Under the pieces are notes generated by a model that saw only the letters and a list, made by a program, of their open reading frames with translations, made no database searches and was not told the origin of the DNA. 64,000 nt of DNA, from contig NC_067398.1 in assembly GCF_016432865.1 (NCBI RefSeq), positions 370,388,001-370,452,000 on the forward strand. The letters are read 5' to 3'. The stretch comes from Antechinus flavipes (taxonomy: Eukaryota). Of the stretch, positions 22,246 through 34,931 are shown piece by piece. Each line of letters starts with the position of its first letter. Position 1 is the first letter of the stretch. The translations under genes were made by a program, and so were the position numbers.

Positions 22246-22620
22246 TTGGCAATTTCAGGGGAAGGCAGCGGCTTGTCTCGCTCCGTTATTTTAAATATAT
22301 ATTGAAAACGCTGAGACTCTTATGTGGCAGACTGGAAATGCTAATGCGCTGTGCTCTGTTTTCAGCAGTAGCCAGACAGCCTACCCCCTGCCCCCAAATC
22401 AAAGGGAGCTATTGGAAAAGGCCATCAAACTCCCTGCCCCTTTACCTATACCTGGGCATGGGGCAGAGGGAAAAGTTGCCCACAAATCTAGTTTGACATT
22501 TGGGGAAGTCAAGAGGAGATTCAAGGGCTACAGTGACAGGATTCCTGAAATGATGGGCAGTTAAAGCTGGGGACCCCGTGGCTGCTCTGATAATGGTATT
22601 AGTCACTGAGTGAGACCCTC
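22246..22620. promoter_or_regulatory. GC-richer, CpG-retaining non-repetitive block (candidate regulatory element or exon)
   Basis: several CpGs (gcagcggc, ctcgctccg, aaacgctg, tgcgctg, ccccgtgg) in a strongly CpG-depleted window; abuts a gap. Confidence 0.3.
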
Positions 22621-22821
22621 ACTCCTTACTTGTTTACTCCCCAAGGAATTTGGTAGCTGAGAAAATCCTCTGCAAGCAAACAAACAAAATTACCTACCCC
22701 ACCCAAGCTGAACAGTGTCTCATCAACCATGGCCAAAACAATTCTGTCTCAATAATCATCAGGGGACTTGGGATACCTGTCATTGATTTTGTTCCAAATG
22801 AGCACACAGAGAAAACATACT

Positions 22822-23076
22822 ACTGAGTGTGGTAACACATGCCTGTGATACCTGCTCCTGGGAAAGCTGAAGCTAGTGGATCTCTTGAGCTTAAGAGTTC
22901 CCAGGAAGAGTAAGATAAGTGATAGGTATTGTCCCAGTAGCAACAGAGCAGGTCTATGTTCCCATGTTGAGTGGTGATAGCATTGAGCCCATTGGTAGCC
23001 ATTGCAACTTATAAATCTCCAATTTGAGAGGCAGATGGAGCCAGTTTTAAATCAAACAAATCAAAACAAACAAAAA
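22822..23076 (+). mobile_element. 7SL-RNA-derived SINE/pseudogene (P7SL-like)
   Basis: gagtgtggtaacacatgcctgtgatacctgctcctgggaaagctgaagctagtggatctcttgagc matches the 7SL Alu domain 5' part; gcaacagagcaggtc...tcccatgttga matches the S-domain GGAAACGGAGCAGGTC motif; A-rich tail. Confidence 0.8.
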
Positions 23077-23179
23077 TTCTTTACCATTGCCTTTTGATTA
23101 TGAAGCGTTTTATTAAGTTGAACTGAATTGAACAGACACTTATAGGAATACAGTAGATATTTGTTGATATTTCTGTTTA

Positions 23180-23425
23180 ATTATTTCACTTAAGTCTAAC
23201 TATTTGTAATCCCATTTGGATATTTCTTGAAAAAGATACTAGAGTAGTTTGCCTTTCCCATATCCAGCTCATTTTACAGATAAGAAGCTGAGGTAAATAG
23301 GGTTAAATGACTTAACCAATACCACCTAGATAGTAAATGTCAGAGGCCAGATTTGAACAAAGAAAGATGAATCTTCCTGACTTCAGGTCCAACACTCTAT
23401 TCACTCTGCTACCTAGTTGCTCATA
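23180..23425 (-). mobile_element. MAR1 SINE
   Basis: cccatttggatatttcttgaaaaagatactagagtagtttgcc...cagctcattttacagataagaagctgagg...ctacctagttgctc. Confidence 0.85.
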
Positions 23426-24204
23426 GTACACATGATGGTTCTTATTATAAGTTGTTGAATTGTTCAGAGAGAAACTTGGGGAGAAGAAGTTTTAAAGAGG
23501 AGAGATCAGGAGGAGTAAGAAGAGGTCAAACTGGTTTAATACTGCCTTTAAAGAGTTCCATACTGAACAAGTTTTGCTTCTCCCTCTTTCTCTACTTCTT
23601 CCTTTTGCTTTTTTTCTTTTACGATTGAATACTGATGGCCTTTATCCTATATTAAAACACAGAAATAAACTTATGAGAAAAATATCCCAGGTTTTAGTTT
23701 AGGAAGGAGCAGATTTTATTTGTTAAAAAAAAATATTTCATGGAATGATCAAGCTTCATCAGTAATATTTAGCTCCCTCTCCCTTTTAGAATATTTCTTT
23801 ACAAATTCGATGAGGAAAACCAATATATATATACTCATGGAATTCACTTTTTTTAAAATTTAGGTGAAGACAAGGTAAATCAAGGAAAAAAAGTGAGGTT
23901 TTGCTTAGAGCCCACTATTCTCCTTTTTACCCCCCTTAGGTTCTGCTCCTAATGACCCACAACTATTGTAGTGCTCTCATATTCTTTTTCCAGCCCATCA
24001 AATTACCAATTCTCTCCATTTTACTCTTTCCTTAGTAAGTTACTAGAGTTTACCATTCATTTTGACATCTATAAACAACTTTATAAAATGATTCAGACAA
24101 TGGCCTAAATAGGGAATATCTCTCTGGAGATATTCACAAGTCTGAGCCAACACTTGGTATTCTCTGAATTAAGTTCTAAAGCACTGGAGAACCAAGAAGT
24201 ATTT

Positions 24205-25480
24205 TTAATAGTATATTATTTTTCCCAATAATATGTAAAGACAATTTTGACATTAATTTTTATAAGATTTTGAGTTCCAGATTTTCTCCTCTCCTTTCCC
24301 TCCCTCCTCTCTAATATGGTAAATGATTTGATATAGGCTTTTATATGTGCAACTATATAAAACCTATTTCCATATTAGTCATGTTGTTAAAGGAAAAAAA
24401 AAACAATTTACAAAGCACACTTGAAAAGAAAAAAGACACAAACAATAATAAAGCGAATGTAGTATTCTTTGATCTGCATTCAGATTTCATCAGTTCTTTC
24501 TCTGGATGTGGATAGCATTTTTTATCATGGCTTCTTTGGAATTGTTTTGGATCATTGTATTGCTGAGAAGAACTAGTCAATCACAGTTGATCATCATAAA
24601 ATGTTGTTACTGTGTACAATATTCTCCTGGTTCTGCTCATTTAATTTTGCATCAGTTCATGTAAATCTTTCTAAGTTTTTCTGAAATTTTGCTCATCATT
24701 TCTTATAGCATAGTAGTATTCCATTACATTCATTTATCACAACTTGTTCAGCCATTACCCAATTGATGGACATCTTTTCAATTTTTAATTCTTTTCTATC
24801 ACAAAAAGAACTTTTACAAGTGTTTTTGTACATGTAGATTTTTCCCCCTCTTTAAAAAAGACCTTTATGGGATATAGTAATAGGAATATTGGTGGATCAA
24901 AATGTATATACAACTTGATTGCCCTTTGAGTATGGTTCCAAATTGCTCTCCAGAACTGCTATATCAGTTCATGACTCCACCAACAAAGCATTATCCTCTC
25001 TAACATTTATCATCCTTTTCTGTCATATTAATCAATCTGATAGGTGTGAGGTATACACAGCCATTTTATTATACATTTATCTAGTTAATAATGATTTAGA
25101 ACATTTTTAATATTTACATGCAGAGAAAGAACTAATAAAATCTTAATGCAGATCAAGGAATACTACATTTATTTTATTATTATTTTGTTGTTTTTTTTTT
25201 CCTTTTGCAAAGTGTATTTGCAATTTGCAAATTGTTTTGCAATTTTTTTTCTTCCACAACTAATATGGAAATAGGTTTTACATGATTGCACACATATGGC
25301 CTACATTAAATTTTTTCACACAGATGGTTTTGATTTCTTCATCTGAAAATTGTCCATATCCTTTGAACATTTATCTATTGCATATTGAATTGTACTACTC
25401 ATATAAATTTGACTCAGTTCTCTGTGTATTTGAAAAATGAAGCCTTTTCCAGAAATAATTACTGTAAAATTCCTCCTAAC
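24205..25480 (-). mobile_element. old L1 3' end(s), compound
   Basis: ttttaagattttgagttccagattttctcc...ctggttctgctcatttaattttgcatcagttcatg...ggttccaaattgctctccagaac; a second 3' end begins about 25165; ORF 25316..25537 contains IHRELSQIY...IDKCSKDM (L1 ORF2). Confidence 0.75.
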
Positions 25481-26291
25481 CCTGTTTTCTGCTTTCTTTC
25501 CAAGAAAGATTTCTAAGGAATGTGATTGCCAATCCATAACTCCAGAAACTTGTCTTTATTTTCCAAATCTCCCCTTTTGTTCTCTTTTATTCATAATTGC
25601 TGATATTCTTCTTGTCTTTGCCCCAAATACAAACTTTTCAGACACCTAATATTCTCCAGACACAGGAGAATATTCTCCTTAAGATATAAATGGCTAAAAA
25701 TGAAGTTAAAAGAGTATAAGTGAGTCCACTCTTTAAGAAGCTAAATTTGGTGCTGATCCACATTGATAGTAGAAGTTTTCTCATCAGGGAGTTTTTTGTG
25801 TCAATGAAATCCTAGGTCTGGTTACTTTCCCTCCATACTTATAAGAATTTTGAAAGGGATCAAAGACTTAAATAAACGAAATAAAGTTTAAGGTAGTTTT
25901 TAAAAAAAATACCAAGTCCTCAGAACTCAATACAATTCATCTCCAGTGGTATTTTCTACTAATATTTTCCCTAAAGAATTAGTTTTTTTGTCTTTCTTTT
26001 TATCTCCCCATTTATCAGGGTATTTGATACATAGTGAGAAATAATAAATATTTGTTGATTGACTGGTTAGCTATTTATGTTGCAGTTCTGATATTCCTGA
26101 AGTATGTGAACGGGTACCAGTTGACTTCCCAACATTTTATATGATTTCATCTGAAATTTCAATTTATTAAGTGTTTAAAAAGAGGATATTAACATTATTT
26201 AAAATCCTTATTAGCCATAGAGTACAAAACTTGAAAAGACTCATTGGATCATAATCATTGAATGTTATAACTTTAAGTGATCTAGACGCTA

Positions 26292-26458
26292 NNNNNNNNN
26301 NNNNNNNNNNNNNNNNNNNNNNNNNNNNNNNNNNNNNNNNNNNNNNNNNNNNNNNNNNNNNNNNNNNNNNNNNNNNNNNNNNNNNNNNNNNNNNNNNNNN
26401 NNNNNNNNNNNNNNNNNNNNNNNNNNNNNNNNNNNNNNNNNNNNNNNNNNNNNNNNNN
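26292..26458. other. assembly gap
   Basis: run of N. Confidence 1.
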
Positions 26459-26859
26459 TCAATCTTATTTTTCTTAACTTTATAGGTATTTCTGTAAAGA
26501 GCATCCTCTCTTGATAATCTCATTCAACTCTCCCTTTTATTAAAGAAAAAGAATTACATAACAAATGTTTTTGTAATAACTGAATCTGATGTTAACATTT
26601 TACTTTTGTGTTTCAAAAAGTCTTTTGCTTCTCTCTTTTGTGAGGAGAGTTATGCTTCATTACTTATTTGTGGGAGCTTCCCTGGCTTTCAATTACTCAG
26701 AGCTCAGTTATCCTTTAACGATCTTCATTTTATGACTCAATCAACGTTTAAAAAATTCCTACTATGTGCCAAACATTTCACTAATGCTTGGAATACAAAA
26801 AGAGGCAAAAGACAGTCCCTGCCCTCAAGAAAGTCAGTGAATATGTTATTCTTTTGGTG

Positions 26860-27370
26860 TTATTTTACTTTGAATCAGTTTATATAAATCCTTCCATAAT
26901 TTTTGAATTCCTCATATTTATAATTTCTTACTATGCAATAGTATCACATAATATTCCAATACTATAATATATTTGTATTTCTAGTAATATATTATCATAA
27001 AATATTGCTCTGCTGTGAAGATTTGATTTGCATTGGGCCTTTCTCTCTTTGATTTCTTTCTATATCTTTAGGGTTGTGACTTTCTGTGTCAAAGGCTATG
27101 GACAGTTCAATCTAGACACTTTCTTGCATAATTCCAAAATGATATCTAATTTGAAGCTTCACCAACAATTTTATGATGCTTCTATCTTTCCACAGTGCCT
27201 TCAACACAGCCTGTCTCTATTACTTGTCATCTTTGCCAAAATTTAGCAAATGAAATGAAACTTCAATGTTTCAATTTGCATTTCTTTTCCTATTAGTGAA
27301 GTATATTTTCATATAGTCACTTATAATTAGCATTTTCCCCTCAAAATTGCTTGATTCAGTCTTTTGCCCA
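26860..27370 (-). mobile_element. very old L1 3' fragment
   Basis: ttctgtgtcaaaggctatggacagtt...ttccaaaatg...caccaacaatt...atctttccacagtgccttcaacac...gtcatctttgccaaa...aatttgcatttc. Confidence 0.55.
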
Positions 27371-27584
27371 TTTATCTCTTGATCAAGTCTCTTATCTTAC
27401 AGATGTGGAAATGAAATTATTTGTACAAGGTAACTCAACTATTAAGCGGCAGAGGACTCTAAGAACCCAGAAATTCTTATTTTCATTCTAGTTCTTTTCC
27501 CAAAACACTTAACTCAACCATAATTCTGGAACAAGATTAATGACCATCTAATTCCCTTCTAATTCCTGATGAGCAAAGTAATAA

Positions 27585-27840
27585 AAGAAATAAACATTTA
27601 TTAAGCACTTACTATATGTCAGGCATTATGTTAAGTACTTTACTAACATTGTCTCTTTTGAGTCTCATAATAACCTTAGGAAGTATGTGCTATTTTTACC
27701 CCCATTTTGTATTTGAAGAAACTGAGGCAGACAAGTGTCAAATGATTCACATAAGGTTACATAGTGAGTAATTGTGTGAAACCCTGAATTCAGATCTTCC
27801 TGACTCTCTGATCAGTGCTCTATCTACCACATTGGCAATT
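27585..27840 (-). mobile_element. MIR SINE
   Basis: aaacatttattaagcacttactatatgtcaggcattatgttaag...cccattttgtatttgaagaaactgaggcagac...tcagatcttcctgactc. Confidence 0.75.
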
Positions 27841-28940
27841 GCCTCTGAAAAACAAACAAACAAATAAAACCCGCCCACTTAGAGAGGTTTGATGACTTTC
27901 TGAAAGTCATTCAGCTAATGAGGTCTCCTGATTCTTTATCCAGATATTTTTTAGAACCTACATTGAATAATATCTGGCACTTGTGCTTATGATGTTTTAA
28001 AAATCTCAAATGCATTGTCCTCCACAAATATTTTGTCTTCTGAGAATATTTTATTTGATAATTAGAAAAAAAACAAAAACCTCATCTCAATTAAAAGAAT
28101 GAATAAGTGACTTCCTTAATTAATAAATATCAGAGTTAAAATCAGGTCTTTTGATTTTAAATGCAGTAGTCTTTCTTCTATACTACAATTATATTATTGC
28201 ATTCTCTCAGAAAGTTTGTGAAAGAGGTGGGACAAATATTATTCTCATTTGACCTAATAGGAAACTACAGCTGAGAGAGGGGAATTGATCTGGGATTATT
28301 GAATGCTAGAGGTAGAAGGGATATTTGAAATCAACTAATCCAAACCCCATAATTTTCCAGATGAGGAACTTAATAAACTGAGAAGTTGAGTAGCATGTGC
28401 ATAGGTTAGTGGCAGATCAAAGCTTAACCAGAGCTTAAAAGTCCTCACCTTTTACTGTGCTGTGGTAATGCATAACTTGAATTATTTTACCCATATACGT
28501 GGTAGCCTAAAATCTGAGTTCTCATGGATAGAGCTGATCTTGTGTTTTTATTCTTCCTATCATGACTCTCCGGAAAATTCAATTGAATTTCTTCTTCACA
28601 GCTGGCTTTCCTCAAGCCACACAATAGCATGGCACAGATAGTTTCTCTAACAACTCTCTTTTCTATATTAGACCAAATTCCAAAATATTAACTTTTCCAC
28701 AGATAAGCACTCTCCTTGGCCTTCATTTTTTGGAACAAATGCTTCCAATCTGTACAGCTACCTCTTAATTTACTCTGGTGTTTTCAACACCATATTGCAA
28801 AGTGCTACGCTAATAATAAGCTTGTTTTCAATTACATTTATCCATGCTTCAAGTTGATAAAGCCAATATGGTGTTTGTTGAGGAGGGAAGAAAATGCACA
28901 TACACATATATACAAACAAAAATAAAATTAAAAACACAAC

Positions 28941-29185
28941 TATTCAACCTCTTCAAACAAAGAAAATGTAAGATAGTATTACACTTTTGGGGAAGAGGAA
29001 AGGTCATTTCTTGCTAGTGTAGAAGCGAAGTTTAAGAATACAGCCTTTTGACATTGGCTGAATTCATCTTCACCATTAACAAGAATTGCATAAAGAATCA
29101 TCTAAATAGCTCCGCTTTGAGTTCATAGACTTTGTCACAAGCAACTTTGTAGTTGCTGTAGATGGAAAACAAAGAACATGAGATT
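28941..29185. repeat. 245-bp direct repeat, copy 1
   Basis: identical to 30347-30591 except 2 substitutions (gatagtatt/gatattatt; ataaagaatc/ataaaaaatc). Confidence 0.95.
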
Positions 29186-29294
29186 AGTTGGATCCAGCTC
29201 AGGCAAATTTATGAGGTTGTTGAAGTTTGGCTTTGGTCATTTTTCTTTCTGGGCTTCTCTGCATTATTTTAGAGTTCTTTTTTCCAGTCTTGTA

Positions 29295-29501
29295 NNNNNN
29301 NNNNNNNNNNNNNNNNNNNNNNNNNNNNNNNNNNNNNNNNNNNNNNNNNNNNNNNNNNNNNNNNNNNNNNNNNNNNNNNNNNNNNNNNNNNNNNNNNNNN
29401 NNNNNNNNNNNNNNNNNNNNNNNNNNNNNNNNNNNNNNNNNNNNNNNNNNNNNNNNNNNNNNNNNNNNNNNNNNNNNNNNNNNNNNNNNNNNNNNNNNNN
29501 N
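29295..29501. other. assembly gap
   Basis: run of N. Confidence 1.
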
Positions 29502-30346
29502 TTCCCTCTATATCTATTTATCTATCCACTCTTTTCATTTACCCCCACTATTGTCACCTCTGACATATGTCTTAGAAGTTATAATACTTTCCTAGCTGAC
29601 ACTTTTGGAAAGTAGTTTGATGGAACAGAATTCTAATGAAGAATTAATAGATTACCTTGCTATCCCTAGGGTACTTGAATTTTAACAAAGAATTTTGGAA
29701 ATCACAAAAATCTTCAAGATGGAAATGATTGAGTCCTACAAATGTTTAATGGCCACTTCCAGGAACTCTTCTTTAAAGTAATGGGTAAATTTACCTAGAA
29801 TAATAATGATAATAACAACAGCTGACATTTACATAACATTTTAAAGTTTACAAAGCACTTTGAATATGTTTGTAATATTGTGCACATCCTACAGAGGAGA
29901 AAATTGAGATGATTTGTTCAGCCTACCATTTCTAATAAGGATCTGAGGTAGTGCTCAAGGCTCACATCTTCCTGTTCCAAGTGCAATGCTCAGCTAGGGC
30001 CTAGGATGCCTTGCTGTCTTTATTCTTACAAGATGTGCAAAGCTGTATCTGACCACAGCCTTTATCATATGTGAAGTTTCTCAAATTCTGGAGTATGTTA
30101 TATTGTTGGCTCAAAACCAGCAAAAGCCACAGTGGTGTATTTGACACAGATACACAAGAATATCATTCTGAAGTCATACCATTGTAATGATGACTCAAAA
30201 ATACAAGATTCAGGAGGAAATGCCTTAGTTATTTTGAGTCTCCCAAGTCCACAGGTATTTCCCCAAAAATCATTTTACAAGTGCTCACCTTACTGCCAAG
30301 AATCGGTTAATATTACCCAACCAATCCCATTCCCATAATCCCATAA

Positions 30347-30591
30347 TATTCAACCTCTTCAAACAAAGAAAATGTAAGATATTATTACACTTTTGGGGAA
30401 GAGGAAAGGTCATTTCTTGCTAGTGTAGAAGCGAAGTTTAAGAATACAGCCTTTTGACATTGGCTGAATTCATCTTCACCATTAACAAGAATTGCATAAA
30501 AAATCATCTAAATAGCTCCGCTTTGAGTTCATAGACTTTGTCACAAGCAACTTTGTAGTTGCTGTAGATGGAAAACAAAGAACATGAGATT
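30347..30591. repeat. 245-bp direct repeat, copy 2
   Basis: see copy 1; flanked by (CCCATAAT)-like and TA-rich low-complexity sequence. Confidence 0.95.
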
Positions 30592-31646
30592 GTACATATA
30601 TGTACATATACATACATCTCTATAGAGGTATAGATATATAGATATACATGTTGAAGAAACTGGGTAAATTGGAAGGCTGCTGAGTAGCACTAAACCCCTT
30701 TTTAACCCTTTCTTTGTACAGTGTAGCATTTGGATTTGCAACTCAGTACATTTTTCATCTATAAACTCTGTTTCAAATTAATGAAACAAAATGACGTCTG
30801 GTGCCCCACACTTGTGATTTCTTTTTGTTTTTTGTCTTCCTCCATTAGATTGTAAGCATGTTGAGATCAGGGACTGCCTTTATTTATTTATCTAATTATT
30901 TATTTACTTAATCTCTATTTAATTTAATTTAAGGCAGTGCTGCAAAATATGTACTTAATAAATGTTTATTAAATTAAATCTTTTAAAAAAATTTTTTTAG
31001 CTTGGAGAATTAGGAGAACAAACTAGTCATCTTTGAATATTTGAAGGACTACTCCAGATTTGTTCTTGATTAAAATTCTACTCTGCTACTCTATTTTTTG
31101 TCTGATAGAGACTATGGCAAGCTCTAGCAGGCCCCTTAAGCCAGAAAAAAGATTGGGGTAGGTACCAAACTAGCTAAGAGAAGGAAAGTTATAAGTCAGT
31201 TGGTCACTAGATGCTGAATTCTTCCATTGTACCATTTGTCAGTTAAATTTAGATCAATTAGGAGGAACATGTGTGTAGAATATGCATAGAATATCACCAG
31301 ATCTTACAACTATTATTACTTAACTTTTTATTTGTGAAATAACTAAGTCTATATAACAAAATCTGTCAATCATATTTTGCCATGTTTCTCAGTTGTTTCA
31401 TGTATGTGAATCTTTTCCCTTTAGCTACATTATAAGCTCCTCAAGGGCAGAAACTGGATCTTTTTCATATTTCTCTGCATTTTTCCTGGTACACTTGATA
31501 AATAATTGATAGTTTGACTTAATATAACAAGCTAATGATGTGATTTGAGACTTAAATGCAAATTTGAAAATAAGCCTAGATTTGGCTTTTAAGAGAAAGT
31601 TCCTTGTTTTATCAAAGCCCAAAACACACCCACATACCCACATATA

Positions 31647-31844
31647 TTTTTTTCCTTTCTTTTTCTTTCTTTCTTTTTTTTCCCTTTTTTTCCTTTCCTT
31701 TTTTTTCCCCCTGAGGCAATTGGGGTTAAGTGACTTGCCCAGGGTCACACAGCTAGGAAGTGTTAAGTATCCAAGACCAGATTTGAACTCAGGTTGTCCT
31801 GACTTCAGGGCTGATGCTCTATCCACTGCACCACCTAGCTGCCC
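31647..31844 (-). mobile_element. WSINE1 SINE
   Basis: T-rich tail + ctgaggcaattggggttaagtgacttgcccagggtcacacagctaggaagtgttaag...atccactgcaccacctagctgccc. Confidence 0.9.
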
Positions 31845-33189
31845 TCACTTATTCTTCTTTCTTGAAGAGAGATAGAAGCAGGTTTAGGGAGAACTGGAGA
31901 AGTAGACTGAAGCATTTGAGAAGACATGGACAGTATAATCCATTTATAATATTTCAGAAGGGCTCCAGTTGACTGTTAAATCTAAAAGTTTGACTGTCAT
32001 TTAGACATATTAACAAATGATCTTGGGAAAATTCAGGTTCTCTTCTTTCTGGATTATCTTGCTATTCCAGCATTATAGAAGGAGAAAAGAAAGATAGACT
32101 TTATTTCTTTTGCTGTTACGGTAAATTTGAGGGTCATTGAGAATATCTGAGTTTCTTATTGGTTGAGTATTAAAATAAGCATGGCAGCTACCAGTGGAGA
32201 CCAATTTAAGGCTTCTAATCAATAAAGTTGATATAGACTATTCTAACTTTGCAAGGTCAGAGAGACCTGGTTAATTCAGTTCCTTTTCCCTGTCTCCTAT
32301 CAGATGTCTTTTTTCCCTCAATTTTAGCTCATTTAGTACAGTCTGATGAGTTTTAAATGTTTAGTTCTATTCTTATATTTAACACATGATTTGGCAGGCT
32401 GCAGAGAGACTGACAGGGGCTTTAAATACATCAATACAAATCTATTAATTTTTAAAAAATGGATTAATTTGGCTGTGGTGGAAACATCTTCTCTGTGGTA
32501 TTAAAACCACTGTTGAGGTTAGGGATGAGTGGAAATGCCATTCATCTATTCAATGACAGTGGCTAAATAGTTAGGATGTTATAGATTAAAGAGGTCTATA
32601 TCTGCTCTGCTCATTTCCCTGCCTAATAAGAAAAGACTGAATTTCTGTAGAAGTCACTGTTTGGTATGGAAACAAGCTGGTGAACATAAGAGGTTAGAAT
32701 TTTATACTCTCTTTTCTTTCCACCTTTTCTTTTCTGTTTCCTATTCTTCCCCATTATACCACTCCTTTCTCCTCTTCCTACCTCTGTTTTTATTTTGAAT
32801 TTTCCACATTTTTAATAGTCCAGGTCTGTATGGCCTTTATTGTCCTGTTATATGTTCACTGACATCCATCTTCTGTGAATTCTTAAGGCAATTATAGGAC
32901 CTACCATTCAAAATGCCAATCCAGAACAATCTCCTGGGATCTTTGGGAGGAAAAAGCATTGTTCATATCTTTCTCCCCCTAGTGCTATACAGAAAGAATC
33001 TCAGGAAAATAACTGGGGTGTTGTTATTTTGCCCTCTAAATGTGATAAAATAGTGAAATGAGCAATTGCTTATTAAGAGATAGTGATTCCTTGTTACTGG
33101 TAAAAAAAAATAGAAAAATAAATTAGTGGAGTTAACCAGAGAAGAGAGAACCTGAAACAATCAGAATTAATAACCCAGTTCTTGACTAA

Positions 33190-33800
33190 CCAGAGAGCAT
33201 CAATTCCTCAAAGAATTCTTGATTTGATAAGGACTTTTAAGGAAATACAAAAACAGTTTGGCAGAAATTAAGTAAGTGCTCATTAATTGGGGAATGGCTA
33301 AACTGTGGCCATTGAATGCAATGAATTAATGAATTATATTACATTTGTGAATGTAATGGAATGTTGCTGAACCATAAGAAATGGGTGTATTGAAAGCACA
33401 AAAGCACAAAATGGAAGACATATGAACTGATATAGAGTGAATGGGGCAGAATTAAGAAACATACACAATAACTGGAAAAAATATACATGAGAAGTTAAAA
33501 ATGAATCTGAATGCTATATAATTTTAAGTATTACTTTTGTACCAAAATGAGAAAGGAGAAAACATACTGCTTTCCTGTATTTGTGGGGGTGCAGGAACTA
33601 TTGGCATTGAGCATTATATATGCTTTCAGAGTTGATTGATGTTTCGGTGAAATGCTTTTTGTCTCCCTTTTCCCTTCTTCTATCATATTCTTCATGACAA
33701 GAAATTTCTCTTCCGCATAGGGGTTAGAGCAGTATATTAAAATGTGAAAGTCACTTAAAATATCAATTAAACCTTTAAAAAAAGTAATGAAAATCAATCA
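33190..33800 (+). mobile_element. old L1 3' end
   Basis: ggggaatggctaaactgtggcc...tgtaatggaatgttgctg...ataagaaatg...atggaagacatatgaactgatatagagtgaatggggcagaa. Confidence 0.65.
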
Positions 33801-34931
33801 AACATATGTAAAATGAAAGGATAAACTATTAATCTTGGATAAATCCATTCTGGAACTCAGTTTCCCCATCTAATACAATAAGGAGGTTGAATTAGATGAC
33901 TTCAAATATTATTTCCAGATTTGGTATAAGATGTTAGAATTAAAAATGTAGGTCTGGAATAGATTTTAGAAACTATATAGTTCAATTTTCTCACTGTGTA
34001 TATGAAAAAAATAGAGACTGGCAGAAGGTAAAATGATCCAGAATTTTGTGTGTGTGTACACAAAGTTGGATCCAGATAAATTAAAGTTTCTTTATCCATC
34101 ATGTGGCTAGGTGAGTATAGTCAATAAAACTTTCTGGCAAACTAAGATTGAATATTTTTTCTTGACTCTAATATTTTGTTGACCTTTTAAATGAACATTT
34201 CTATGTCCAGCAGAAAACTTCAGCAAATCCTAACTTCTTTGAAATTTCATAGTCTAATGAAAGTGAATGAGAGTTAAGTCCCAGAAATACAAGGCGCCAA
34301 ATGAAACTAATGCAATATAACTCTTAAAACTAAAGCAAACAGCTAGACCCCATTGACTCCAGTGTAAAAGTTGATATTCTTTGTTTCTTCAAAAAATAGA
34401 ATGAAAAATAGCAGGAAGGTTAGTTTCAAAATAAGAAGCATTCTTTAAACTCTAGCCTTTTATAGTTGGAAAGAAATTTAACTCTGTAAACTTTAAAGTG
34501 CAATATAAACACAAGTAGTTATTTTCTCCATTATACTAATCTATTCTCTATCTCTCATTTTAGAGTTAAGAAAAATAAGGACAAGAAGTATTAAGTGACT
34601 TGCCTAGAATGATAAAACTGATAAATTGGAGCACTAATAATAGACCACCATTCTTGAAATTTTAAGTCCGATATTTCTTTTTCTAGCAAATGAATTAACC
34701 TATAGTGGCTGTCTAACAGAAAATGGACCTTGGAGCCTTCTTTCTAGCCCAGTGTTCTCTAGAACTAAAGATGTAGCATTTTAAAAGGCTTAAGTACTTT
34801 GAAGTAATAGATAATCCCCTTATTGGATTTTCATGAAGAAGATCTGATGACTCAGTTAATGTGCAAATTAAAAAAATATATTATGGATGTTATAGAATGA
34901 TTTTATTTCATGTGGATTGTGTCAATATAGT

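Noticed and set aside
21915-22496. Long ORFs containing X runs (also 4613..4963, 26167..26523, 29178..29615)
   Set aside because: Open only because N gaps contain no stop codons.
27403-27429. 27-nt exon-like segment with good splice sites
   Set aside because: Sequence is a decayed MIR core (ttacagatg.ggaaa....tt.tacaaggt.ac); no independent support for exonisation.
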